DNA of 64,000 nt, taken from assembly GCF_003334765.1 (NCBI RefSeq), contig NZ_QOWT01000002.1. The stretch is one strand, 5' to 3'. Shown piece after piece: positions 38,221 to 48,708 of the stretch. Source of the DNA: Escherichia coli (GTDB lineage Bacteria; Pseudomonadota; Gammaproteobacteria; Enterobacterales; Enterobacteriaceae). The notes below the pieces were generated by a model, which was not told the DNA's origin, did no database searches, and saw nothing but the letters and a program-made list of their open reading frames with translations. The translations under genes and the position numbers were made by a program. The number at the start of each line of letters is the position of its first letter. Positions within the stretch are counted from its first letter, which is position 1.

Positions 38221-38246
38221 ATAATGCAAACGATAACAATTATCAA
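38221..38246 (-). promoter_or_regulatory. Fur box in cirA promoter
   Basis: GATAAT / GATAAC / AATTATC hexamer array about 170 nt upstream of cirA. Confidence 0.75.
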
Positions 38247-38295
38247 TCCAAATGTTAAATTTTATATCCGCATGATTTGTCAGGGAAATGGAATT

Positions 38296-38326
38296 GAAAA
38301 AGCCCTCTCGGTTGAGAGGGCTTAGC
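38296..38326 (-). terminator. Intrinsic terminator downstream of lysP
   Basis: 10-bp GC-rich stem (AAGCCCTCTC / GAGAGGGCTT) followed by a U-run on the minus strand. Confidence 0.7.
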
Positions 38327-38342
38327 AAGGAAGGGAGGAAAC

Positions 38343-39812
38343 TTATTTCTTATCGTTCTGCGGGAACTTCATTTCGCTGTAGCGTACGAAGTGAGTTCCT
38401 TTAATCAGCTTGTAGCCGAACCAAATAATCAGGAACAGCGGGATACCAATATACGTTGCCGCTACGCCGCCCCAGTCAATAGTATCTTTCAGGAACGCTT
38501 CGTAGTTCTGGCCCAAAGTGATAATCAGACACAGAATGAATGCGAAGATCGGCCCCAGTGGGAAGAAACCTGAACGGTACGGCAGATCGTTAATGTCGTG
38601 TCCCTGCAATACGTAACCGCGACGGAAGCGATAGTGGCTAATGGCAATCCCCAGCCAGGCGATAAAACCCGTCATCCCGGAGGTGTTCAGCAGCCACAGG
38701 TATACCGTCTGGTTGCCAAACATGGAGGTCAGGAAGCACAGACCGGCAATCACCGTCGTCGCATACAGCGCATTACGCGGCACGCCACCACGCGACAGTT
38801 TAGCGAAAATGCGCGGCGCTTTACCGTCACACGCCAGGGTGTACAGCATACGAGTAGACGCATACATACCGGAGTTACCCGCTGACAGCACCGCCGTCAG
38901 AATAACTGCGTTCATCACCGCCGCCGCAGAGAGCAGACCCGCGTGCTGGAACACCAGGGTGAACGGACTAACGCTGATGTCTTTAACATCGTTACGCAGC
39001 AGGCTCGGATCGGTGTACGGAATAATCAGGCTGATAATCAGGATCGCGAACACATAGAACAACAGGATTCGCCAGAACACCTGACGTACCGCGCGTGGAA
39101 TGTTTTTCGCCGGATCTTCGGACTCGCCTGCAGCAATACCGATCAGCTCGGTTCCCTGGAAAGAGAAGCCGACAATCATAGCTACGCCGATCATCGCCGC
39201 AAAACCACCAGCAAACGGCGCTTCGCCGATTGTCCAGTTGCTCCAGCCCGCAGGCTGCGCGCCTTTGAAGATACCGATAATCATCAGCACGCCAACGATG
39301 ATAAAGACAATAACTGTCGTGACTTTGATCAGTGAGAACCAGTATTCCGCTTCACCAAAGCCACGAACTGAGATGTAGTTCAGCAGGAAGATAACGCCGA
39401 GGAACAACGCACTCCAGATCCAGCCCGGTGTATCCGGGAACCACCAGCTCATGACCAGCTGAGCTGCAACCAGGTCAACGGCGATAGTCACCGCCCAGTT
39501 GTACCAGTAGTTCCAGCCCAGCGCGAAGCCAAAGCCTTCTTCAACATAGTTCTGACCGTAAGTGGCAAACGAACCGGAAACCGGCATATATGCAGCCAGT
39601 TCACCGAGACTGGTCATCAGGAAGTAAACCATCAGGCCAATCAGCATATACGAGAGCAATGCCCCGCCCGGACCTGCCTGAGAAATCGTTGCGCCAGAGG
39701 CAACAAAAAGACCTGTACCGATGGAACCGCCAATGGCAATCATCGTCAGGTGACGCGCCTTTAATTCACGGCGTAAGCCCGGCGCTTCTGTGGTTTTAGT
39801 TTCGGAAACCAT
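38343..39812 (-). CDS. lysP: Lysine-specific permease LysP (APC family)
   Basis: 489 aa, 12-TM amino acid permease; recognised sequence. Confidence 0.9.
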   Translation of the reverse strand: MVSETKTTEAPGLRRELKARHLTMIAIGGSIGTGLFVASGATISQAGPGGALLSYMLIGLMVYFLMTSLGELAAYMPVSGSFATYGQNYVEEGFGFALGWNYWYNWAVTIAVDLVAAQLVMSWWFPDTPGWIWSALFLGVIFLLNYISVRGFGEAEYWFSLIKVTTVIVFIIVGVLMIIGIFKGAQPAGWSNWTIGEAPFAGGFAAMIGVAMIVGFSFQGTELIGIAAGESEDPAKNIPRAVRQVFWRILLFYVFAILIISLIIPYTDPSLLRNDVKDISVSPFTLVFQHAGLLSAAAVMNAVILTAVLSAGNSGMYASTRMLYTLACDGKAPRIFAKLSRGGVPRNALYATTVIAGLCFLTSMFGNQTVYLWLLNTSGMTGFIAWLGIAISHYRFRRGYVLQGHDINDLPYRSGFFPLGPIFAFILCLIITLGQNYEAFLKDTIDWGGVAATYIGIPLFLIIWFGYKLIKGTHFVRYSEMKFPQNDKK

Positions 39813-40016
39813 ACAAAAATGCTATCCATCTTAAAAATGAGGCGCGATTGTAGCAGACGATTGGCAATCCTTCCGGCAGAAATTCACGGTTATAAGACAC
39901 CTTCATGATCGCCCAGGGATTATAAGTAAAGCAGCCAATCTCTTTTCTGGCGAATGCATGCTGAAGGCGCTGCGTCACGAAATCGACACAGCACCAGCAT
40001 GTTCTTGTACAGCAAC

Positions 40017-40898
40017 TTAACGCGGCACATTTGCGGGATCGCAATAGTCCAGAAAGCGCCGTAGCGCGTTGGAAAGGTGTTTTTGCCGATGATGTATACG
40101 CCACAACGTACGCATCAGGCGCGGCAGAGGGACCGCAACTTCACTTAATGTGCCTGCCTGCAATTGATCTTCAATCACACGTCGCGACAGGCAACTAATT
40201 CCCAACCCATGACGCACCGCATGTTTGATTGCCTCGGAGTTACCTAATTCCATCGCCATCTCAAACTTCGGTAAATGTGACAGCAACAGATAATCGACAA
40301 TCTCCCGCGTGCCGGAACCGCGTTCACGCAGGATCCACGGCGCAGCGGCCAGCTGTTCTAAGGTGACCGGACCACGGGCCAACGGCGAAGTCGGCGCGGC
40401 GAAAACCACCAGCTCGTCTTCCAGCCACGGTTCAGAAATGATTTCAGTGCTGTGGCACGGTCCTTCAATAAAGCCAATATCAACGCGGAAATCCAGCACC
40501 GCTTGCATCACGTCCTGGCTATTCCCAACGCTAAGTTCAATCGGCAACTGCGGATAATCATGGCGATAACGGGCGATAACTGCAGGCAGAATGTAGTTAC
40601 CGATGGTACTACTGGCATAGATACGAATCGCGCCGTTGTCTTCGCGAAACAGTTGTTCGATTTCAACCGCCTGTTCAAGCAATGCCAACGCACGCGGATA
40701 GAGCAGCCGCCCGTGTTCATTAACAACCAGTCTTTTCCCCACGCGATCAAACAGTTGCACGCCAAGCTGCCCTTCCAGGTCGGTCAAGGCTGCGCTCACT
40801 GCTGATTGCGACAACGCCAGCATCACCGACGCCTGGGTGGTTGATCCACTTTTCAATACTTCTGCAAAAACTTCCAACTGCCGGAGGGTGATGTGCAT
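40017..40898 (-). CDS. yeiE: LysR-family transcriptional regulator YeiE
   Basis: N-terminal LTTR HTH; divergent from yeiH. Confidence 0.85.
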
Positions 40899-40996
40899 AG
40901 TCGCTTACCACTTATAAAGATTAATTATAAATATATAATCAATTTTATTTTTAAACCAGTTAGTCGTAACCTTATGCCCGGTTAAAGGAGAGGGTT

Positions 40997-42046
40997 ATGA
41001 CGAATATCACCTTACAGAAACAACATCGTACACTGTGGCATTTTATTCCGGGGTTAGCCCTGAGTGCAGTTATCACCGGGGTCGCCCTGTGGGGTGGTTC
41101 CATTCCCGCGGTTGCGGGTGCCGGGTTTAGTGCCCTCACCCTCGCAATCTTGTTGGGGATGGTTTTAGGCAACACCATCTATCCGCACATCTGGAAAAGC
41201 TGTGACGGTGGTGTGCTGTTTGCCAAGCAATATTTATTACGTCTGGGTATCATTCTTTATGGCTTCCGTCTGACGTTCTCGCAAATTGCCGATGTCGGTA
41301 TCAGTGGGATCATCATTGACGTGTTGACGCTGTCCAGTACCTTCCTGCTGGCTTGCTTCCTGGGGCAGAAAGTGTTTGGTCTGGATAAGCACACCAGCTG
41401 GTTGATCGGTGCCGGTAGCAGTATCTGTGGTGCTGCCGCGGTACTGGCGACTGAGCCGGTAGTGAAAGCGGAAGCCAGTAAAGTAACCGTGGCTGTTGCA
41501 ACCGTTGTTATCTTCGGGACCGTCGCGATTTTCCTCTACCCGGCGATATATCCGCTGATGTCTCAATGGTTTAGTCCGGAAACTTTCGGTATCTACATTG
41601 GTTCTACTGTGCACGAAGTGGCGCAGGTGGTGGCGGCAGGTCATGCCATCAGCCCGGATGCGGAAAACGCAGCAGTTATTTCCAAAATGCTGCGCGTGAT
41701 GATGCTGGCTCCGTTCCTCATCCTGCTGGCGGCGCGTGTTAAACAGCTGTCTGGGGCGAACAGCGGCGAGAAAAGCAAAATCACTATTCCGTGGTTTGCC
41801 ATCTTGTTCATCGTAGTTGCCATCTTTAACTCGTTCCACCTGTTACCGCAGAGCGTGGTGAACATGCTGGTAACGCTGGATACCTTCCTGCTGGCAATGG
41901 CGATGGCGGCGCTGGGTCTGACCACTCACGTCAGCGCGCTGAAAAAAGCTGGGGCGAAACCTCTGCTGATGGCACTGGTACTGTTTGCCTGGCTGATTGT
42001 TGGTGGTGGTGCGATTAACTATGTGATTCAAAGCGTCATCGCATAA
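40997..42046 (+). CDS. yeiH: UPF0324 inner membrane protein YeiH
   Basis: 349 aa polytopic membrane ORF. Confidence 0.85.
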
Positions 42047-42119
42047 ACCACTACATCTTGCTCCTGTTAACCCGCTATCATTACCGTTTTCCTCCAGCGG
42101 GTTTAACAGGAGTCCTCGC

Positions 42120-42977
42120 ATGAAATACATTGGAGCGCACGTTAGTGCTGCTGGCGGTCTGGCAAATGCCGCAATTCGCGCCGCCGAAATCGACGCAACC
42201 GCGTTTGCCTTGTTCACCAAAAACCAACGTCAGTGGCGTGCCGCACCGCTCACGACGCAAACCATCGATGAATTCAAAGCCGCCTGTGAAAAATATCACT
42301 ACACATCGGCGCAAATTCTTCCCCACGACAGTTATCTGATTAACCTCGGACATCCGGTCACTGAAGCTCTGGAAAAATCGCGCGATGCCTTTATAGATGA
42401 AATGCAGCGTTGCGAACAGCTGGGGCTTTCTTTGCTCAACTTCCACCCTGGCAGCCATCTGATGCAGATTTCAGAAGAGGATTGCCTTGCGCGTATTGCC
42501 GAATCCATCAACATTGCGCTGGATAAAACTCAAGGTGTGACAGCGGTGATAGAAAACACCGCCGGTCAGGGCAGTAACTTAGGGTTTAAATTCGAACATC
42601 TCGCGGCGATTATCGACGGCGTGGAAGATAAATCCCGCGTCGGCGTCTGCATTGATACCTGCCATGCTTTCGCTGCCGGGTATGATTTGCGTACTCCAGC
42701 CGAATGCGAGAAAACATTCGCGGATTTTGCCCGTACTGTCGGCTTTAAGTATCTGCGCGGGATGCACCTTAACGATGCGAAAAGCACCTTTGGCAGCCGC
42801 GTTGACCGCCATCATAGCCTCGGTGAAGGCAATATCGGTCATGATGCGTTCCGCTGGATCATGCAGGACGACCGTTTCGACGGCATTCCGCTGATCCTCG
42901 AAACCATCAACCCGGATATCTGGGCAGAAGAGATCGCCTGGCTGAAAGCGCAACAAACTGAAAAAGCGGTAGCCTGA
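42120..42977 (+). CDS. nfo: Endonuclease IV (AP endonuclease)
   Basis: 285 aa; recognised sequence. Confidence 0.95.
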
Positions 42978-42979
42978 AG

Positions 42980-44068
42980 ATGAATAACCGGGAAAAGGAG
43001 ATCCTTGCAATTTTACGGCGTAACCCGCTGATTCAGCAGAACGAAATTGCGGACATGCTGCAAATCAGCCGTTCGCGCGTTGCGGCGCATATTATGGATT
43101 TAATGCGCAAAGGCCGGATTAAAGGCAAAGGTTACATTCTCACCGAGCAGGAATACTGCGTAGTGGTGGGGACAATCAATATGGATATTCGCGGGATGGC
43201 GGATATCCGTTACCCGCAATCGGCTTCTCATCCCGGTACAATTCATTGCTCAGCGGGCGGCGTGGGACGCAACATCGCCCACAATCTGGCGCTGTTAGGC
43301 CGTGACGTCCATTTGCTTTCAGTGATTGGCGATGACTTTTATGGCGAAATGCTCCTGGAAGAAACGCGCCGTGCCGGCGTGAATGTCTCCGGCTGCGTTC
43401 GTTTGCATGGTCAAAGCACATCGACGTATCTGGCAATTGCCAATCGAGACGATCAAACCGTGCTGGCGATTAACGATACCCATCTGCTGGAACAGTTGAC
43501 ACCGCAACTACTGAACGGGTCGCGCGATTTACTTCGTCATGCGGGCGTGGTACTGGCTGATTGCAACCTGACAGCCGAGGCGCTGGAATGGGTCTTTACC
43601 CTCGCTGATGAAATCCCGGTGTTTGTCGATACCGTTTCAGAATTCAAAGCGGGCAAAATCAAACACTGGCTGGTGCATATTCACACCCTGAAACCCACTT
43701 TACCGGAGCTGGAAATTTTATGGGGACAGGCGATCACCAGCGATGCTGACCGTAATACCGCAGTGAATGCATTGCATCAGCAAGGTGTTCAGCAACTGTT
43801 TGTTTATTTGCCCGATGAGTCAGTTTATTGCAGCGAAAAGGATGGAGAACAATTTTTGCTGACCGCGCCAGCGCATACGACAGTAGACAGTTTTGGTGCT
43901 GACGATGGTTTTATGGCGGGCCTGGTATATAGCTTTCTTGAAGGATACAGTTTCCGCGACAGCGCCCGTTTTGCGGTAGCCTGCGCGGCAATTTCGCGCG
44001 CCAGCGGCAGCTTAAACAACCCTACCCTGTCTGCCGATAACGCGCTTTCATTAGTGCCAATGGTGTAA
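42980..44068 (+). CDS. yeiI: PfkB-family sugar/nucleoside kinase with N-terminal HTH, YeiI
   Basis: HTH N-terminus plus ribokinase-like domain (GGVGRNIA, GADD); starts 2 nt after nfo stop. Confidence 0.85.
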   Translation: MNNREKEILAILRRNPLIQQNEIADMLQISRSRVAAHIMDLMRKGRIKGKGYILTEQEYCVVVGTINMDIRGMADIRYPQSASHPGTIHCSAGGVGRNIAHNLALLGRDVHLLSVIGDDFYGEMLLEETRRAGVNVSGCVRLHGQSTSTYLAIANRDDQTVLAINDTHLLEQLTPQLLNGSRDLLRHAGVVLADCNLTAEALEWVFTLADEIPVFVDTVSEFKAGKIKHWLVHIHTLKPTLPELEILWGQAITSDADRNTAVNALHQQGVQQLFVYLPDESVYCSEKDGEQFLLTAPAHTTVDSFGADDGFMAGLVYSFLEGYSFRDSARFAVACAAISRASGSLNNPTLSADNALSLVPMV

Positions 44069-44072
44069 CAAT

Positions 44073-44168
44073 GTTGCCGGATGCGACGCTTAACGCGTCT
44101 TATCCGGCCTACAAATCAGGCAATTTCAGCAAGTAAATGTAGGCCTGATAAGCTTGCGCATCAGGCAA
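44073..44168. repeat. REP pair (convergent)
   Basis: GCCGGATGCGACGC..TATCCGGCCTAC and an inverted partial copy between yeiI and nupX. Confidence 0.8.
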
Positions 44169-44174
44169 TGACAC

Positions 44175-45425
44175 TCAAGCTAAACCAATAAAGAACCCGG
44201 CAATGGTCGCACTCATCAAGTTGGAAAGCGTCGCCGCCGCCAGCGCCCGTAAACCAAGCTGGGCGATTTCCGGCGCACGGTGTGGCGCAACCGCAGAAAA
44301 CGCCCCCACCACCACCCCGATAGAACCAAAGTTAGCGAAACCGCACAACGCGAAGGAAATAATCGCCACAGTTTTAGCATCGAGAGTGCCAGCCGTTTGC
44401 AGATAGGGTGAGAAATTGAGATAAGCGACAAATTCATTTATTGCCAGTTTCTGTCCAATCAAACTCCCGGCAAGATTCGCATCACTCCAGTCCACACCCA
44501 TCACCCACGCCAGTGGAGCCAGCAGGTAACCTAAAATGGACTCCAGCGAGGCATGTTCAAAACCAAACCAGCCACCAACGCCGCCGATAATACCGTTAAT
44601 CAACGCAATTATTGCAACAAATGCCATCACCACTGTTGCCACACCTGCGGCGATTTTCAGCCCGGTCATTGCCCCTGTCGCAGCGGCTTCAATAATGCTT
44701 TTTGGCGGTGTTTCGGTGAAAGAGAGGTTATTAAAGGAAACCTGCGAAGATTCCGTTGCCGGGCTTAACAGGCGGGCAAACAAGATCCCGCCAGGGATCG
44801 CCATTAATGATGCCGCCAGCAGATATTCCACAGGCACGCCCAGTGCGGCGTAACCAATCATTGTCGAACCAGCAATCGAGGCCATGCCACTACAAATCGC
44901 TGTAAATAATTCATTGCGATTCAGACGATCGATAAAGGGTTTGACGATTGCCGGAATTTCGTTTTGCCCGAGGAAAATGGTGGTGACCGCGACGAATGAC
45001 TCGATCTTGCTGATATTTAATGCTTTCTGGAAGATACCGCCGAGAATTCGAATTAAAATCCCCATCACACCGATGTAGTAGAGAATACTCACCAGCGCGG
45101 TGACGAAGATAATTGCCGGTAACACCCTGAAACCAAAGATAAATCCTGCACCATCAAATAAGGTATCCATTTTCGGTCCGACCAGAGAACCGAAGATAAA
45201 TGCGCTACCCGCGTCGCTGTACGCCATCACTTTATGCACGCCAAAAGCGACTTTTTCAGCGACCCAACGCCCTGGCGGTAACCAAAGCATAATGCCGCCA
45301 ATCACGACCTGTAACACTAACGCCGCGCCAACGGTACGCAGGCTGATCTTCTTCTTGTTTACTGACAGTAAAAACGCAATCGTCAGCAATACCACCATTC
45401 CCAGAACACTTCTCATGACATCCAT
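44175..45425 (-). CDS. nupX: NupC-family nucleoside permease NupX
   Basis: 416 aa polytopic transporter; close paralogue of psuT in this window. Confidence 0.85.
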   Translation of the reverse strand: MDVMRSVLGMVVLLTIAFLLSVNKKKISLRTVGAALVLQVVIGGIMLWLPPGRWVAEKVAFGVHKVMAYSDAGSAFIFGSLVGPKMDTLFDGAGFIFGFRVLPAIIFVTALVSILYYIGVMGILIRILGGIFQKALNISKIESFVAVTTIFLGQNEIPAIVKPFIDRLNRNELFTAICSGMASIAGSTMIGYAALGVPVEYLLAASLMAIPGGILFARLLSPATESSQVSFNNLSFTETPPKSIIEAAATGAMTGLKIAAGVATVVMAFVAIIALINGIIGGVGGWFGFEHASLESILGYLLAPLAWVMGVDWSDANLAGSLIGQKLAINEFVAYLNFSPYLQTAGTLDAKTVAIISFALCGFANFGSIGVVVGAFSAVAPHRAPEIAQLGLRALAAATLSNLMSATIAGFFIGLA

Positions 45426-45524
45426 AGTGATTATCTCTTCATGTCATATTGGGCGACGGCTTTCTGCCCATCAGAAATAGCCAGGCCTGCATCTTGCGAT
45501 ACCGGCCCGGCTTGTTATCAACAC

Positions 45525-46466
45525 TTAATGGGTTTTGATGTAGCCGCGCACGCACTCTTCGACTAATCCCCAGAACCAGTCTGTATCAATAGTGATGCCG
45601 ACTTTGGTATTGGCGGGCTTGCCAAGAACGCCCAGCTCGTCGCAGACGGTACGCCCATAGCAAGGGCCACTGTTGACGTCCACTTCGACGTACATCTCCT
45701 GGGTTTTAATGCCATCAGGGTTAATCAGATAACCGATGCAGGTGGCGTCGTGCACCGGGCCGCCAGCAAGGCCGTAGTTTTCGAACTGCGTTTTGAGAGT
45801 GAAGTTCATGATGTCGCTGAACAGCTCTCCGGCGGGGCCGCCTGCCCTTTCCATCCGAGCAATCACGTCCGGGGTGCAAACGGTCTGGTTGGTGAGATCG
45901 AGGCCCATCATCACTAATGGAACGCCGGAGGTGAACACTACGCGTGCGGCTTCCGGGTCGGCAAAGATGTTGAACTCGGCAGATGGCGTGAAGTTGCCTG
46001 TACCGTAAGCGCCGCCCATTAGCACAATTTCACGGATTTTGGGCAGGATCGCGGGTTGCATACGCATTGCCACCGCGATATTTGAAAGCGGACCAACCGG
46101 CACCAGAGTGATATCGCCATCGCTTGCCATCAGGGTATCAATGATATATTTCACCGCATGAGTGCTTTCTGCCTGGCGGGTCAGCGGCTCGAATACCGGG
46201 CCATCCAGTCCGGTTTCACCGTGAATATTATCGGCAACGATTTGTTGACGCATAATGGGCTGCGGCATCCCCGCATAAACCGGAACATTAATCTCCAGTT
46301 TCTGGCAAACATTCAGGCCATTAATTAATGTTTTATCAAGCGTCTGATTACCCGCTACAATAGTGATGCCTAATAAATCTATTGCCGGATGTTTCGCCGC
46401 CATCATTATAGCAATAGCATCATCATGACCCGGATCACAATCCAGAATAATTTTTCTCTTTTCCAT
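45525..46466 (-). CDS. rihB: Pyrimidine-specific ribonucleoside hydrolase RihB
   Basis: N-terminal DxDxxxDD calcium/ribose motif (DCDPGHDDA). Confidence 0.9.
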   Translation of the reverse strand: MEKRKIILDCDPGHDDAIAIMMAAKHPAIDLLGITIVAGNQTLDKTLINGLNVCQKLEINVPVYAGMPQPIMRQQIVADNIHGETGLDGPVFEPLTRQAESTHAVKYIIDTLMASDGDITLVPVGPLSNIAVAMRMQPAILPKIREIVLMGGAYGTGNFTPSAEFNIFADPEAARVVFTSGVPLVMMGLDLTNQTVCTPDVIARMERAGGPAGELFSDIMNFTLKTQFENYGLAGGPVHDATCIGYLINPDGIKTQEMYVEVDVNSGPCYGRTVCDELGVLGKPANTKVGITIDTDWFWGLVEECVRGYIKTH

Positions 46467-46634
46467 TGTTTATTTCCTCTGTTTCCAGTTGCGTTATTTT
46501 TCCTACAGCAAAGAAAATTCGACCGGGCCGATGATTGAATCTTAACAACAGCGTACGTATGCTAAATATGAGAAATCTCATAGCGGATAAACATCGTGAA
46601 AGAAATCCACAATAATGATCTTAAGCAGCAATTG

Positions 46635-47294
46635 ATGAGTGAATCCGCGTTTAAGGATTGCTTTTTAACGGATGTTTCAGCCGATACGCGGCTGTTTCAT
46701 TTTTTAGCGCGTGACTACATTGTGCAGGAAGGGCAACAGCCGTCCTGGCTGTTTTACCTGACGCGAGGCCGCGCCAGGCTTTACGCCACGCTAGCTAATG
46801 GTCGCGTGTCGCTGATCGATTTCTTTGCCGCCCCCTGTTTTATTGGCGAGATTGAGTTAATCGATAAAGACCATGAACCGCGTGCGGTGCAGGCTATTGA
46901 AGAGTGTTGGTGCCTTGCGCTCCCTATGAAACATTACCGTCCGCTGTTATTAAACGACACGCTATTTTTACGAAAACTCTGCGTCACCTTAAGTCATAAA
47001 AATTATCGTAATATTGTTTCTTTAACTCAGAATCAATCATTTCCGTTAGTGAATCGCCTGGCAGCATTTATATTACTCTCGCAGGAAGGTGATCTTTATC
47101 ACGAAAAGCATACGCAAGCGGCAGAGTATTTAGGCGTTTCTTATCGACATCTTTTATATGTTCTCGCGCAGTTCATTCACGACGGTTTATTAATTAAAAG
47201 CAAGAAAGGGTATCTCATTAAAAACAGAAAGCAGTTGTCAGGACTGGCGCTGGAGATGGACCCGGAGAATAAATTCTCCGGGATGATGCAGTAA
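46635..47294 (+). CDS. yeiL: CRP/FNR-family transcriptional regulator YeiL
   Basis: cNMP-binding-like domain plus C-terminal HTH; alternative GTG start at 46596. Confidence 0.8.
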
Positions 47295-47314
47295 AAATTA
47301 TTTTCAATAGCGCG

Positions 47315-47357
47315 ATTGCCGGATGCAACGCTTAATACGTTTTATCCGGTCTACAAA
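47315..47357. repeat. REP element
   Basis: TTGCCGGATGCAACGC..TTTATCCGGTCTAC between yeiL and psuT. Confidence 0.8.
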
Positions 47358-47364
47358 TCGAGCA

Positions 47365-48615
47365 TTACGCCAGACCAATAAAGAACCCGGCAATAGTCGC
47401 ACTCATCAGGTTGGAAAGCGTTGCTGCTGCCAGCGCCCGTAAACCAAGCTGGGCGATTTCCGGCGCGCGTTTTGGCGAAATAGCCGAAAATGCGCCAACG
47501 ACAACACCGATAGAACCAAAGTTAGCAAAACCACAAAGCGCAAAGGAGATAATCGCAATGGTTTTCACTTCCAGCGTGCCGCCCGTTTGCAGGTATGGGG
47601 AGAAACTCAGGTAAGCGACGAATTCGTTAATCGCCAGTTTCTGCCCAATCAGGCTACCCGCAAGATTGGCATCACTCCAGTCCACACCCATGATCCACGC
47701 CAGCGGTGCCAGCACATAGCCAAAAATACTTTCCAGAGAGGCATTGGCGAAACCAAACCAGCCGCCAATTCCGCCGATAATGCCGTTGATCAGCGCAATA
47801 ATTGCGACAAACGCCATTACCACCGTCGCCACACCAGCGGCGATTTTTAGCCCGGTCATCGCACCGCTCGCCGCCGCTTCGATAAAGCTTTTTGGCGGCG
47901 TTTCGCTGAACGACAGATTTTCAAATGTGACCTGCGAAGGCTCGGTTGCCGGGCTAAGAATACGTGCAAACAAAATCCCGCCAGGGATCGCCATCAGCGA
48001 TGCCGCTAACAGGTAGTCAATTGGTACGCCCATTCCGGCATAACCAATCATCATCGAACCAGCAATGGACGCCATCCCGCTACAAATTGCGGTAAACAAC
48101 TCGTTGCGATTCATGCGATCGATAAACGGTTTAACGATCGCCGGGATCTCATTTTGCCCGAGGAAAATAGTAGTAACCGCAACAAAAGATTCGATTTTGC
48201 TGATGTTGAGGGCTTTCTGGAAAATGCTGCCAAGGATGCGAATCAGCAGCCCCATCACGCCAATGTAGTACAGCAGACTGATGAGCGCAGTAACGAAAAT
48301 AATCGCCGGAAGTACGCGAAAGGCGAAGATAAAACCCGCACCGTCAAACAGGACATCCATTTTCGGCCCAACCAGCGAACCAAAAATGAAGGCGCTACCG
48401 GCATCACTGTAAGACATCACTTTATGAACGCCTAATGCCGCCTGTTCTACTGCCCATTTTCCCGGTGGGAAGTAGAGCATGATGCCACCAATAGCGATTT
48501 GCAGCAGCAGTGCGGCTCCAACCGTGCGCAAACTGATGCTCTTTTTATTCACTGACAACAGAAATGCTATTGCCAGTAACACCACCATCCCCACAACACT
48601 TCTCATTATATCCAT
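47365..48615 (-). CDS. psuT: NupC-family pseudouridine/nucleoside transporter PsuT (YeiM)
   Basis: 416 aa; close paralogue of nupX (by-eye estimate near 85-90 percent aa identity). Confidence 0.85.
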   Translation of the reverse strand: MDIMRSVVGMVVLLAIAFLLSVNKKSISLRTVGAALLLQIAIGGIMLYFPPGKWAVEQAALGVHKVMSYSDAGSAFIFGSLVGPKMDVLFDGAGFIFAFRVLPAIIFVTALISLLYYIGVMGLLIRILGSIFQKALNISKIESFVAVTTIFLGQNEIPAIVKPFIDRMNRNELFTAICSGMASIAGSMMIGYAGMGVPIDYLLAASLMAIPGGILFARILSPATEPSQVTFENLSFSETPPKSFIEAAASGAMTGLKIAAGVATVVMAFVAIIALINGIIGGIGGWFGFANASLESIFGYVLAPLAWIMGVDWSDANLAGSLIGQKLAINEFVAYLSFSPYLQTGGTLEVKTIAIISFALCGFANFGSIGVVVGAFSAISPKRAPEIAQLGLRALAAATLSNLMSATIAGFFIGLA

Positions 48616-48708
48616 AATGATTTTCCCTTCATGCCGGTAAATCCGGCGTCAGCGCCAGGTTTTGGTATGCTTGATGAGTACGGGCGACGGCTTTCTGCCC
48701 GTCAGAAA

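Noticed and set aside
39796-40104. 102-aa minus-strand ORF across the lysP upstream region and yeiE 3-prime end
   Set aside because: Overlaps the yeiE coding end in another frame and the lysP leader; no independent support.
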